NCBI RefSeq assembly: GCF_963921235.1
Contig: NC_086097.1
Coordinates: 51,090,001 to 51,154,000 of the forward strand
DNA length: 64,000 nt
DNA from: Mobula hypostoma
Taxonomy: Eukaryota
Reading direction: 5' to 3'
Program-made: the position numbers and the translations under genes
Notes under the pieces: generated by a model
What the model was told of the DNA's origin: nothing
Database searches by the model: none
Seen by the model: the letters and a program-made list of their open reading frames with translations, nothing else
In this document: one piece after another, positions 1-13,240 of the stretch
How positions within the stretch are numbered: the first letter of the stretch is position 1
Layout: each line of letters begins with the position of its first letter

Positions 1-334
1 GTGTATTTTTTCATGTTCTCGCGCATTCTTTCTTGTTGCCGACTGGTGGGTTGGGGTTTGATGTTGCTTTTGTTTCTTCATTTGGGTGATCTGTTAGTTT
101 TTGTGTGAGGGAGAGGTTGGGGGGGTTTGGGGGTTTATGAGTTTTTGTTTCTTTTTCTTTTCATGCGGGAAGATTACAGCTAGAGGGCACAGGAAGGATT
201 GATGTCTTTCTTTCAACTACTTCTATAGTTTTCTGTACTTTATGGCTACCTGGAGAAGAGAAATCTCAGCATTGTATTGTGCGTACATACTTTAATAAGA
301 AAATGAACTTTTGAGATGCTCCAGATAAGGTGAG

Positions 335-600
335 CAGGGCATCTGTGCACCAGGATGAATTAATCATAAAGCATACTCCACCTCCACTGCCTTTAAAAGA
401 TGGAGCTGCTCTGTTTATGCAGAAATTGATGATGCTGTCGAGGTGCAGCTCTGCGTCTGAAATGGCAGGGGTTAGCCATGTTTCCCTGAAGCAAAGTACA
501 CAGCAGTCCCTGATGTCCCTCTGGTACTGCAGTCTTGCTCCGAGGGCTTCATTTTTATTTTCTGGAAGTGTATATTCACCAGCAGGATAGTCAGAAGTGG
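335..600 (-). mobile_element. Rex1/Babar-like LINE endonuclease fragment, degenerate
   Basis: ORF 266..880(-) contains ARLQYQRDIRDCCVLCFRETWL...GGGVCFMINSSWC, typical of the N-terminus of an APE endonuclease. Confidence 0.75.
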
Positions 601-1689
601 AAGTATAAAGCCTCTGCATTTCAAATGAATTTGTAGACTGGCTTGGTGTCCATAAGGGAACCAAGTCTGCCGTCTGAGGTTTGTCAATTTTGAGTATCGG
701 TAGATTTTTTGAACATCTTAAAACAATGTTGATTACTGAAGTACCCATGGCTGTGACAGTGGATTTCATCAGCAGTAGTCCTAAGAAGGAATATTTGATT
801 ATTCCCATTGGAGCAGCATGCAAACAGGCACCACATAATGGCACCATCTCTGGACCTGCTTGCAAAAGTGCTCTTTCCACTGGGAATTGATTGCTTTATT
901 GCCCCAGCTGTCAGTAAGGTTGGTCCAAGAATGGATGAGAGCCATCTATTCTAAAAATTGAATTGGGATTATAAATTACAGGCCTGATCAAAATTTAAAA
1001 ACACTGCCAACATACATTTAAAGGATAATGGTGTAGCCAAATCAGTTGACTTGTTGTCTTTAAAGAGGATGTGAATGGAATGTTACTTTGTTTTCCAGAG
1101 GAATTTCACTCATTTTGTTTATAATACTGTTGAGGGTCCTGCCAGTCATTATTTTCAGTGGAATGATGCAGAGATTATTATTTATAATATTTTTCAATTC
1201 TTCAGTATTTAGTTATTTTTCTCTGTTATGTACTGACCTATCAAATGATGCAGCTAATTCAAATTATGCAAATTTTCAAATGACCAATCTTCATTTCTTT
1301 GTTCAGCAATGGATTACAGTCAGTTTGACATTGTGGTGATTCACAGCCTCACCCGACGATCGTGAGCTCATTCTCCAGGTGAAGTCACTGGTTGGCTCTG
1401 ACTGGTTTTTCCTCATCCTTTGTCTTGATACATGCAAACCAGGCAGACTTGTGTTTTGCACAAAGCTGCACAAGAAGCAACCTTTCTGACACGCCCTCTG
1501 GCATTTTATATGTTATATTCAATGTTTCATATAAAGCTTGTGTTTAAAATTATGTTAGTGATACACCACATTAAAAAAATAATTAATAATAATAGAAGGA
1601 ATTGGAATAACTCATCAATCAGCATTGTATTTATATTCCTTATTTGATCCAAAACATCAATGGCCCCTCTCCCCCCCCCGACCCCCACC

Positions 1690-1770
1690 ACCAGATGCTG
1701 CTCAACCTGCTGCGTTCCTCCAGCAGATTGTTTGTTGCCCCAGATTCCAATCTCTGCACTCTCTTGTGAC
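1690..1770 (+). repeat. Short tail fragment of the Penelope-like repeat family
   Basis: agatgctgctcaacctgctgcgttcctccagca...gattcca matches the tail found at 34170-34220 and 7205-7256. Confidence 0.6.
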
Positions 1771-2464
1771 CCACAGACCATTTTGTCCATTCTTTACAAT
1801 GTACAACATTTTCCACAACAGAATGTTTTCCAGAACACACCCTTTCATAAATTGTGAAACACCTGTACTCCCTTCATAGAGTCAGGATTTTGCCTTTGGA
1901 CAAATTTTTAATTCTCTTCCACTGGCCAAGTCAGTATTAGAATCTTCCTGCTTATGATGCATTGACCAAGTTGTTAGTAGTTCAGTAATTCAGCATTCAA
2001 ACATTACAATGAACTTTGTGGCTGTTAACATTCCAGAGATAAAATTGAAGAGAATAAAAACATTGTCATCTAGTTAAAATTTATCACCATATTGTGCTAT
2101 TATCAATTGCAATTTTTTATCTCTAATTTTGCCTCTTAGTCTCCTGCTGAGCTTTTTTTCTGAAGAAATGTGATAAAGCTTATCTGCGTTCTTTTTCTTA
2201 GACTCCCAAACGCTCTAGGTTTTGGAGAGTAGAGGGAAATGTTTTGACAAATAATTGCTTTAATTGTCTGTGGTTGTTCTTCAACTTATTAAGAGCCTGC
2301 TGTTGAAAATTAGTCCAGATCATGTTTTTGTTGGAACAACTTTTACATGCCAAAACACGTGTGCGTATATTTGTCCTTTCAATATAATGTTAATTAGTAT
2401 GGATTTGTTATGTTTTCTCTTTGGCTGGTCTGGTAGGTTTATTTGTTAAATTAGTATTGTATTA

Positions 2465-4304
2465 GAGTAATAGAAAAGTACAGCATAGAAACAGGCCCTT
2501 CAGCCCATCCAGTTCATGCTGAACTATTTAAACTGCCTAGTCCCATTGACCTGCACCGGGACCATAGTTCTCTAAAACCCTACCATCCATGTACCTATCC
2601 AGACTTTTCTTAAACGTTGAGATCAAGCTTGCATGCACCACTTGTGCTGGCATTTTATTCCACCATCTTGTAAACCTCTATCAAATCTCTCAATCTTCTA
2701 TGTTCCAAGGAATACAGTCCTGACCTATTCAATCTTTCCTTATAATTCAGGTCCTTCAGACCAGACAACATCCTTGTAAATTTTCTCTGTACTCTTTCAA
2801 CCTTATTTACATCCATTTTTCCAGCTGGTCCAGATCTTGCTGCAATTCATAATAGCCTTTCTCACTGTCCACTACACCCCAACCTTGGTGTCATCCGCAA
2901 GTTTGCTGATCCAATTAACCACACTTCTGTCGGAAAACAGGCTGCTTCAATCCACACTCACCAGATCATTTCTGATACCATCAAAATTGGACTTTCCTGT
3001 GAACCAGACCTATTTTTTTGCATCATTTACTTTGAAACTAATGGTATTGTGATCACTAGAAGCAAAATGTTCCCCTACACAAACTTCTGTCACCTGTCCT
3101 GTCTCATTCCCTGATAGTAGATCAAGTATTACCCAGTCTCTTGTTGGGACATCTACATAGTGAGTAAGGAAACTATCCTGAACACATTTGTCAGACTCTA
3201 TCCCATCTAGTCCTTTTACAGTATGTGAATCCCAGTCAATATGTGGACATTTAAAATCACCTGCTATAACAACCTTATGTTTCTTGCAACAGTCTGCAAT
3301 CTCTCTGCATATTTGTTCCTCTAAATCCCTTGGACTATTGGGTGGTCTGTAATATAACCCAATTAACATAGTCATACCTTTCTTATTTCTCAGTTCCACC
3401 CACAACACCTCACTAGACGAGTTTTCCAGTCTTTTTTGAATGAGCAGGGCTGTGACATTTCCCTGACTAGTAACACCACCCCTCCTCCTTTAATTCCTCT
3501 CACTCTGTCACACCCTAAAACAACTGATCCCCAGAATATTGAGCTGCCAGTTGTGCCCTTTAAGCAAACAAATCTCACTAATGGTTGCAGTATCATAATT
3601 CCAGGTATTGATCTATACCCTGAGCTCATCTGCCTTTGCTTTGAAATACACGCAGCTTAGGACATTAGTGGCACCATGCTCAACCTTTTCATTCCTCACT
3701 TTGTCTTTGGTCTTAACATCTGTCTCCACAACATTTCCACTATCTGTTCAGGTGCTGTGGCTCCCATTCCCCTGCAACTCTAGTTTAAACCCCACTGTGC
3801 AGCATTAACAAACCTTCCCATTAGGATATTAGTCCCCCTCCAGTTCAGGTGCGACTCTTCTGTGCAGGCCCCACCTTCCCTGGAAGTGAGCCCAATGATC
3901 CAAAAATCTGATACCCTCCTCCTATGGCAACTCCATAGCCACGTGTTAAACTGTATGATCTTCCTAGTTCTGGCCTCGCTAGCAAGTAGCGTGGTTGCAA
4001 TCCTGAGAGCACAACCCTGGCGGTCCTGCCCTTTAACTTAGCACCTAATTCTCCAAACTCATTTTGAGAACCTTGTCACTCTTCCTACCTACAGTATGTC
4101 ATTGGTACCCACATGGATCAAGATGGATCAAGGCCTGTTTACCCTGCCCCTGAAGAATGCTAAGGACTCGATCCGAGATGTCCCGGAACTTGGTACCAAG
4201 GCAACATACCATCTGGGAATCTCGTTCTTGTGCATAGAACCTCCTTTCTGTTCCCCTAGCTAACAAACCCCCTATCACCACAGCTCGCCTCTTTTTTCAC
4301 TTCC
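2465..4304 (-). mobile_element. CR1 LINE, internally deleted (3' end, endonuclease region and ORF1 remnant). Continues at about 5313-5540 after a nested insertion
   Basis: ORF 3010..3408(-) has WVELRNKKG...YYRPPNS...GDF...SDHN (CR1 endonuclease). ORF 4099..4281(-) resembles the CR1 ORF1 esterase. A CR1-type 3' end lies near 2470. Confidence 0.85.
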
Positions 4305-5312
4305 ACAGACCACAGTACATGTGCTTGCAACTCTGTGTGTCCGACAGAGTGATCAGCAGCACTGGGGCTCCACAGGGGACTGTCTTGTCTCCCTTTCTCT
4401 TCACCATTTACACCTCGGACTTCAACTACTGCACAGAGTCTTGTCATCTTCAGAAGTTTTCTGATGACTCTACCATAGTTGGATGCATCGGCAAGGGAGA
4501 TGAGGCTGAGTACAGGGCTACGGTAGGAAACTTTGTCACATGGTGTGAGCAGAATTATCTGCAGCTTAATGTGAAAAAGACTAAGGAGCTGGTGGTAGAT
4601 CTGAGGAGAGCTAAGGTACCGGTGACCCCTGTTTCCATCCAGGGGGTCAGTGTGGACATGGTGGAGGATTACAAATACCTGGGGATACGAATTGACAATA
4701 AACTGGACTGGTCAAAGAACACTGAGGCTGTCTACAAGAGGGTCAGAGCCGTCTCTATTTCCTGAGGAGACTGAGGTCCTTTAACATCTGCCGGACGATG
4801 CTGAGGATGTTCTATGAGTCTGTGGTGGCCAGTGCGATCATGTTTGCTGTTGTGTGCTGGGGCAGCAGGCTGGGGGTATCAGACACCAACAGAATCAACA
4901 AACTCACTTGTAAGGCCAGTGATGTTGTGGGGATGGAACTGGACTCTCTGACAGTGGTGTCTGAAAAGAGGATGCTGTCCAAGTTGCATGCCATCTTGGT
5001 CAATGTCTCCCATCCACTACATAATGTACTGGGTGGGCACAGGAGTACATTCAGCCAGAGACTCATTCCACTGAGATGCAACACAGAGCGTCATAGGAAG
5101 TCATACCTGCCTGTGGCCATCAAACTTTACAACTCCTCCCTTGGAGGGTCAGACACCCTGAGCCAATAGGCTGGTCCTGGACTTATTTCCTGGCATAATT
5201 TACATATTACTATTTAACTATTTATGGTTTTATTACTATTTATTATTTATGGCGCAACTAACGAAAACCAATTTCCCCTGGGATCAATAAAGTATGACTA
5301 ATACTATGACTA
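4305..5312 (+). mobile_element. Rex1/Babar-like LINE, 5'-truncated (RT C-terminal half and 3' UTR), nested in CR1
   Basis: ORFs 4319..4765 and 4798..5169 contain TGAPQGTVLSPFLFTIYT, KFSDD, LNVKKTKELVVD and YKYLG. AATAAA and a short tandem tail (tatgacta) lie at about 5286-5312. Confidence 0.88.
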
Positions 5313-7032
5313 TTCTGAGTTGCAGAGACCTGACCACTGTGACTCTCCTCTGCTAGGTCAACCCCCCGGCCCCACACCCCCGGCAGTATCCAAAATTGTA
5401 TACCTGTTGTTGAGGGGGATGGCCACCGGGGTACTCTGCGCTGGCTCTTTAACCCCTTTCCTCTTCCTGACTGTCACCCGGTCTCCTGTGCCCTGCACCT
5501 TGGGTGTATCTACCACTCTATATGTCGTATCTATCACTCATTACATTGAGTTCCATTTTCCTTATTAATTCCTATAAACCCTTCAACTTCTGTTAGATTT
5601 TAAAATATTTTTTGTACATTTCCACTAGCTTTTGGGCACTTTATGTTTCATTGTTTCTTCTCATGTTGAAGTTCCTCACCATTAGAAAATAATAAGGAAA
5701 TTATAAAATTTAGGTATGGTGAGTTTTCCATTTGTATCATTGTGGTTGTAGTTTTTTCTGAACGACAGCATTTGAGCTTGTCTCTAATCTGAATCAGGAG
5801 AGAAGATTCACTATCCTTATCTAGTCTGGCCTACTTGTTATTCCAGACTCAGCGGAGGATGGCTAACTCTGATCTCCTGCAGAAGTGACCTGGCTCAGCA
5901 GCGATTGTGAAAAATGAATAACTAATGTAGTCGTTTATCAGGTAGAAAAGCAGCATCCAATTTGCAGGTAACAAAGCGCCACAGACAGGATGTTTGTTAT
6001 GACCCTAGCCTTTTCTTCTTTGAATATTGTTATTTTCACCTTGATAGGCAGCAAATGCCTCAGTTTTAATATCTTACTGGAATATACTTCCAGCATGATG
6101 CTTTCTCGCCACAGTGTAGATTTTGAAATGAAGTTTGTTCCTGCAGTCGTGTGTCTCAGAGGCAAGAGCCAAGGTTATCGTCACAGAACCAAGGATGTCA
6201 CCAGTGTCAGATGTGCATCTGTGCTGCTCTTTCTGGCATTCCATGTTTATTCTGGGCGATGGGGAACTGGCACCCATGGTGCTGATTGGTGCAGATATTA
6301 AAGCAGTAGTAGCAGTAGGAAGTGGGGAATAAAGCAAGAACTGACCAGCTCAGGAAAAGCTGAACAAAAATGACATATTTTGTCGTCAGCTTTGTGAGCA
6401 TCATACTCTATTTTCTGTAATGTTTGTGCATTGGGTTGCTCACATTCTGGACTAGATGGACTTTCATTCTCATTTGTCTATCTTCGTGTGTCATTTTTTT
6501 TCATTGACTCTGTTTTGTTTCTTTGTATCTACTGTGAATGCCTGCAAGAAAATGAATCCCGGCATAGTTTACGGTGACATATACGTACTTTGATAATAAA
6601 TTTGCTTTGAACTTTAAACTTTGAGACAGGATCCTGATTTGCAGAGTTAACAAAGAAGACTGTTTTAGTTTTAACTGGTCTACCTGCTTTTTCGATGTAG
6701 CAGTGCCATCAGGTCAGAGTTTTCTGGAACGCAGGAGTTAAGATTCACTGTTGATGCACGTATTATCAGATGTATACCCTGTAATAACTTACCTTCACTT
6801 GCTTCCTGCCCTGGAACTTTGCTGTTGCCAGGTGAGATTCTGAGCACACGAGAAAGATAATTTTAGAACTCCCTCTTTACATTTTGCTGTTTCCTTTCTC
6901 CTGAAGTTGTGTAACAAATTTGGTGGCAAACTTTTCTGGAGATATTCCAGACAATTGTGTATGTCCTTTTATGATGTTTCAAAGTTTAAAATAATGTGCT
7001 TAAAAACTAAAAAAAAATCCACGATTTCATAT

Positions 7033-7256
7033 ACAAGAGAGAGTCTGCAGATGCTGGAAATTCAAGCATCACACACAAAATGCTGGAGGAACTCAGAGGC
7101 TGCCTAGCCTGCTATGGAAAAGAGTATAGTCTACATTTCGGCCCAAGACCCTTCAGCAGGTTCTGATGAAGGGCCTCGGGCCAAAACATAGACCGTACAT
7201 CTTTTCCATAGATGCTGCCTGGTCTGCTGAGTTCCTCCAGCATCTTGTGTGTGTTG
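7033..7256. mobile_element. Older palindromic Penelope-like mini-element with degenerate hammerhead motifs
   Basis: Imperfect inverted arms centred near 7160. Flanked by ccacgatttcatat (7019-7032) and ccacaatttcatat (7257-7270), a 14-bp TSD with one mismatch. Confidence 0.75.
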
Positions 7257-7958
7257 CCACAATTTCATATGTTGTTAATATAAATTCAGCCATGCGGAGA
7301 AAGGTCTCTATTATTAGGTGAACTTTATGATGATATCCCATTCACGTAGTTTACATAAAGAAGAAGCGGAACAAAGATAGAAAATTGAATCTGCATTACA
7401 TTAAGGTTTGATACGCAAAATCATTTAATGGGGCTATACCACATGCTGATGTTTCATACTTGAATCCAATCCTTTTGACTTTCACCATTCATCTCAAGCT
7501 ACTATTGAGCCAAACCAAACCCTTTTCATGGGTTGTGACACAGCTGCTCTTCATGTGTACCCCCAGTTTGATTTTAGAGACTGGAAAGAAGACTAAAATA
7601 TTCCCGGGCACTGGCTGCAGCAGCACGTTTGAGGTGACAGGAGACCTGAAAGAGAAGGTCCCCAAGAATTTGATAGCTGTTCTTAAGAAGGCCTTAATCA
7701 ACAAAGAAATGAGGCCTACTGGAGGAAGAAACTGAGTTAGGGCAGTTTTCATTACAGCTAAATAATTAACATTCATCATTCCAGTTGTTCACATCTTATC
7801 TAGTATATTATGCAGACCTCGTCACTGGGCTCGTATGGAAACTTGGCTCATTGCCAGCCCCGCTAAAGGCTACGGGACTCAGCAATGAGAAGGCCACCTT
7901 TCATAAGCAATAGGCGTCTAGTATCAGTATGATTTGGGGTTCAGCCGAACAGGAACGT

Positions 7959-8653
7959 TGTGATGCTCTGATTAAAGAAACCTCGATTTGAGTGAATGCT
8001 GTGTAAATACTGCTCATACATAATTGTCGGTCAGCAAGAAAGAACAAATCGTACAGCACATAAGATTATAAAGGAAGTTTCAGCTTTATTGAACAGTTAG
8101 TAAGAAAAAGAAAAGGGGAAAAATAAAAGAGTCCATTACAATTAAACCAGTCTAAGTGTGCACATTGTTGGAGCTCATCTTGAAGTTGTCTTTTCACTCA
8201 CATGCTGGACCCACAGTCTGCGTGAAAGCGCACACCTCATTCCGAACTTTGCTTGAAATCTATCTCAAACAAATGAGCGCTCTCTCTCTCTCTCTCTCGA
8301 GTGTAAGTATTGGTCCTTCTTCCTTGGAGCCATTCATCTGCACAAAGCACCTTGTGCAACAGTGATGCTTCTTCCCACACCATCCTCGGCCACCTTCCCT
8401 CCTGTCCTCTGCACAGCTCCCGCCAAAAAACCTGTGAACCACACTGTCACAAATTTCTGTCGGCTCCGCTCTCTCAAACTTTCTCCCAATTCTGCCATCC
8501 TGATTAGCTGACACAACATTCCTAATTTGAACATCATAGCCCCTTATTTTTTAGCCAAAACCAAACGTTCTAAAAACAGAACACTGCTTTTGCAGAACTG
8601 CTAGAATGAAATACCTACAGTATGGCAGTAAAAATGTTAACCAGGGCATTACA
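7959..8653 (-). mobile_element. Solo-LTR-like or TIR-bounded element (TG...CA)
   Basis: Ends tgtgatgctctgattaa and ttaaccagggcattaca form a 17-bp inverted repeat with 3 mismatches. There is a minus-strand AATAAA near 8085. No clear TSD. Confidence 0.45.
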
Positions 8654-8782
8654 GTATCTATGGTAATAATCTGATTATATTGCATTGAGTTTTGAAGTAT
8701 CTATGTTTGTGATTTATGAAGGTAGAGGTGGATTCTATAATCCAATAGTAACAATTTTTAAAAAAAAACTTTCCTTGTATAG

Positions 8783-8917
8783 GATCCCAACAACTGGTTG
8801 GGTAACTTTGACGAGCCTTTGACTGGGTTTTCTTGGCGTGGCGGATCAGAGCGAGAGACGACTGGTATTCAGATCTGGAGCGAAGTGTTTCTGGTGGACA
8901 AACCTAATGGACAGAAG
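8783..8917 (+). CDS. ATL1: Atlastin-1 exon (equivalent to human exon 3), GTPase domain: [45 protein letters not shown]
   Basis: AG at 8781-8782 and GT at 8918. The exon is 135 nt, phase 0. [22 protein letters not shown] is the atlastin switch-1 motif in its ATL1 form (ATL2 has FTWRGGCERE, ATL3 has GGSDPE). Confidence 0.96.
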
Positions 8918-8996
8918 GTGAGTACAGCGTAAAGGATTTCACAGAATCTAAGGAATATAGCAGGCCATAAAGTGCAAGGAAGCAATAGGGCATATA

Positions 8997-9527
8997 TACT
9001 CATGGCCACTTTATTAGGTAAACCTGTACACCTGTTAATGCAAATATCTAATCAGCTAATTATGTGGCAGCAACTTAATCATTAAGGCATGAAAACATTG
9101 TCAAGAGGTTCAGTTGTTATTCAGCCCAAACATCAGAATGGGGAAGAAATGTGATCTCAGTGATTTTGACCGTGGAATGATTGTTGGTGCCAGATGGAAT
9201 GGTTTGAGTATCTCAGAAACTGCTCATCGCCTGAGATTTTCAGGCACAATAATTTCTAGAGTTAACAGAGAATGGTATGAGAAACAAAAAAACATCCAGT
9301 GAACGGAGCTCACTGGGGGAAAACGTCTTGTTAATAAGGAAGTCAGAAGAGAATGGTTCAAGCTGACAGGAAGGCGACAGTAACTCAAATAACAACGTGT
9401 TACAACAGTGGTGTGCAGAGGAGCATCTCTGAACTCACAACACAATAATCCTTGAAGTGGATGGACTACAGCAGCAAAAACTCATGAACATAAAGAACTG
9501 CACTCAGTGGCCACTTTATTAGGTACA
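8997..9527 (+). mobile_element. Tc1-like transposon derivative (left end and transposase N-terminus only)
   Basis: ORF 9114..9302 contains MGKKCDLSDFDRGMIVGAR...GLSISETA, a Tc1-type paired-like HTH. An 18-bp direct repeat lies at 9003-9020 and 9508-9525. Confidence 0.75.
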
Positions 9528-9849
9528 GGAGGGTATATTCCACATGAAGCTCCTTCCAGTCTGCTACAACTGATAGCTTTATTAAGGGTGATAACTCTCA
9601 AATATACCTCTTCTATACACACTGGTAAGGCTTAATTTCTTTTTTGCGAAAGGTTCATTTGTTCAGTGAATAAGACTATAGTAGATTTGGAAACTTTAAA
9701 AAGTATGATCTTAATTGATCAATGGCTGTCAGTTAAATAATTAATGCATACTTTATCGAAAATGTTTACCCTTTAAGAAGACAAGTGGTTCAGCTGTGAT
9801 TCACAAGAGAACTTCAAGTTAGTATTAGATCAGAAACAAAGACATAAAA

Positions 9850-11730
9850 TATATAAAAAAACAGCAGTGAGCCAGAGTGTTTTGAAAATTTCAGAGTTCA
9901 TTTAAGCTGGGCTAAGTTATTATTAAGGAAAGGGAAGGCAGAAAACAAGAATTGTCTATTGAGAAACATTAGAACAGTGGAAAGTCAATATGCAAGAATT
10001 AAGGTGGGTTCCTTACAAATAGAGATGATAAAGATTATAATGGAGATATGGAAATGGCAGAAAGAGTGAACAAATATCTTGTTTGCCTTTATAAAAACAA
10101 ATACAGAAAACATTCTAGAAATAAGATAAGATATAGACCATAAGATATAGGAGCAGAAGTAGGCCATTTGGCCCATCAAGTCTGCTCCACCATTCAATCA
10201 TGGGCTGATCCAGTTTTTCCAGTCATCCCCACTCCCCTGCTTTCTCCTCTTACCCTTTGATGCCCTGGCTAATCAAGAACCTATCTATCTCTGCCTTAAA
10301 TACACCCAATGACTTGGCCTCCAGAGCCACTCGTGGCAACAAATTCCACAGATTTACCACCCTCTGACTAAAGTAATTTCTCTGCATCTCAGTTCTAAAT
10401 GGATGTCCTTCAATCCAGAAGTCGTGCCCTCTTGTCCTGGAATCCCCTACCATGGGAAATAACTTTGCCATATCTAATCTGTTCAGGCCTTTTACCATTT
10501 GGAATGTTTCTATGAGATCCCCCACCCATTCTCCTGAACTCCAGGGAATACAGCCCAAGAGCTGCCGGACGTTCCTCATTGGTAACCCTTTCATTCTTGG
10601 AATCATTCTTGTGAATCTTCTCTGATCGCTTTCCAATGTCAGCATATCCTTTCTAAAATAAGGGACCCAAAACTGTACACAATACTCCAAATGGAGAACA
10701 ACAAATTAAGAGTGAATGGAAGAACTTAAAGGAGAAAAGATTAAATACATGAGAAAGTAATGTGCCTCAAAACTGATAAATCTCCAGAGGCTGCATTGCT
10801 TTCTCAGTTTCTGAAAAAGGCAGATAGTGAGATAGTGGATACACTGGTTGTCATCTTTCAAAATTCCATTGATTCCAGAATAGTTTGTGCAGATTGGAAA
10901 GTAGCAAATTGTGGCACTTTATTTGAGAAAAGAGGAGAGCAGAACTGTGACCACAAGACCAGTTAGCCTGATATCTCTAGTGGAAAACTTGACTAGAATT
11001 GTTTATTAAGGAAGTGGTAGCAGGGTACTTAGAAAATAATAGTCAAATTGGGCAGAGTCAGCTTTGACATGGGAAAGGAAAATCATGTTTGACAAATTTG
11101 TTCAGAGGTTTTTGAGATTTTAAGCAATAGGATAAAGGGATGTGGATGTAATCTGTCTGGATTTTCAGAAGGCTTTCACTAAGGAACTGCACACGAGGTT
11201 ATTAAACGCATTAAACCACACAGGATTATGTGTAGCACACTGATGTAGCCTGAGACAGAACACAGAGTGGGAGTAAATGGGTAATTTTCAAGCTGGAAGG
11301 CTATAACCATTGGAATGCTTTGGTGTGCAATGCTGTCCTCTCAGCTGTTCCTGATTTAAATCAGTGACACAGATGAGAGGATTAAACATTATGTATCCAA
11401 GACTGCTGATGATACGAAGCTAAGTGGCATAGTGGTTTGCAAGGAGGAGGCAGAAGCTTTTTAGCAGGAATAGGAAGTGAGAAGAAATATGATGTGAATA
11501 ATCCAAATTGTAGGAAAAAAATAGAAAGGGTTTTTTAATTTGTGAGAGATTGAAAGATGTCAGTCTTCATAGAAGCCCTGACGGTTTTATTCATGAATTA
11601 CTAAAGTTAACACATAAGTACAGAGTAGAGTAAGTAAAGGTGAAATGTGTTTTCCAGGACTGCAAGAGGAATACAAAGGTAAAGATAATTATTCCATTTA
11701 TTTAGGACTTGGTGGGATTACACTTGGAAT
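9850..11730 (+). mobile_element. Old degenerate CR1 LINE (RT region), interrupted by a younger CR1
   Basis: ORF 10760..10966 has LKTDKSP...EIVDTLVVIFQNSIDS...DWKVAN, followed by degenerate DFQKAF and ADDTK motifs. Confidence 0.75.
10135..10693 (-). mobile_element. CR1 LINE 3' end, 5'-truncated
   Basis: ORF 10250..10690(-) has EYCVQFW...SRTRGH...FSQRVVNLWN. The tail gaccataagatatagg lies at about 10135. Confidence 0.9.
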
Positions 11731-11733
11731 ATT

Positions 11734-12146
11734 GTGTTTCAGTCTGATAAAGTACCTAGTGTGCTAGATTGCATGGAGGCTGAAGGCATTCTTTTCAAGA
11801 TTGAGTGGGACCCATGGGCAATACCAATGGTGTCAGTAGCCAAGAAGAATGGATCTGTCAGGATCTGTGGTGATTTTATGGTCACTATCAACCCAGTACT
11901 GAAAGTAGATCAGTATCCTCTGCCCAGGATAGAGGATACCTTTGCAAAGCTTTTTGGGAGGAAAACACTTTAACAAATTGAACTTAGCTGAGACCTGTCT
12001 ACAGATGAGATGGAAGAAGAGTCCAATGTGTTTCTCACCATAAACACTCACAATCAGCTTATTTTGAAGAAGCATCTGCACCTGCACTCTGACAAAAGGC
12101 AGTGGATCAGGTGGACCAGGTACTGCAAGGCTGTCCAGGCACAGGC
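11734..12146 (+). mobile_element. Gypsy/Ty3 LTR retrotransposon, RT fragment
   Basis: WAIPMVSVAKKNGSVRICGDFMVTINPVLKVDQYPLPRIED is a Gypsy RT signature. Confidence 0.85.
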
Positions 12147-13240
12147 AAAGGCTGATGTTGTGTACTTGGACTTTCAGAAGGCCTTTGACAAGGTGCCACA
12201 CATGAGGCTATTTAACGAGCTAAGAGCCCATAGTATTACAGGAAAGATTCTAGCATGGATAAAGAAATGGCTGATTGGCAGGAAGCAAAGAGTGGGAATA
12301 AAGGGAGCTTTTTCTGGTTGTCTGCTGGTGACAAGTGGTGTTCCACAGACAGTAGTGTTGGGACTGATTCTTTTTGCGTTATATGTCAATGATTTGGATG
12401 ATGAAATTGATGGCTTTGTTGCAAAGTTTTCAGGTGATATCAAAATAGCTGGAGGTGCAGATAGTTTTGAGGAAGCAGAGAGGCTACAGAAGGATTTAGA
12501 TAGGTTAGGAGAATGAGCAAAGAAAGGGCAGATGGGATATAGTGTTGGGAAGTGTATGGTCATGCACTTTTGTAGAGTCCTTGTGCAAGAGTCCCTAAAG
12601 GTTAATTTGCAGGTTGAGTCTGTGGTGAGGAAGCCAAATGCAATGTTAGCATTCATTTCAAGAGCACTGGAATATAAAAGCAAGGATGTAATGTTGAGAC
12701 TTTATGAAACACTGGTGAGGCCTCACTTGGAGTAATGTGAGCATTTTTGGGCCCCTTATCTAAGAAAGGATGTGGTGACATTGGCGAGGAATCAAAGGAA
12801 GTTCACAAAAATGATTCCGGGATAGAATGTCTTGTCATATGAAGGGCAATTGATGGCCCTGTGCCTGTATTCACTTGAATTCAGAAGAATGAGGGGTGAC
12901 CTCATTGAAACCTATGGAATGGAGAAAGGCCTTGATAGAGTGGATGTGGAGAGGGTGTTTCTTATGGTGGGAAAGTCTAAAAATAGAGGGGCGTCCTTTT
13001 TGAATGGAGATAAGGAGGAATTTCTTTAGCCAGAGAGTGGTGAATCTGTGGAGGCCAAGTCTTGATGTATATTTAAGGCAGATGCTGATAGATTCTTGAT
13101 TGGTTAGGGCATGAAGGGAGATGGAGACAATACAGGAGATCGGGGCTGAGAGGAAAATTGGATCAGTCATGATGAAATTGTGGAGCAGACTCGATGGGCC
13201 AAATGGCCTAATTCTACTCCTCTATCTATGGTCTTATGGA
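12147..13240 (+). mobile_element. CR1 LINE 3' part nested in the Gypsy element
   Basis: DVVYLDFQKAFDKVPH...SGVPQ motifs. Ends with the CR1 tail ctatctatggtcttatgg. Confidence 0.88.

Noticed and set aside
1..8782. ATL1 exons 1-2 (P-loop GAFRKGKS)
   Set aside because: Not found by eye. The region appears to be intron 2, so the gene start lies upstream of the window.
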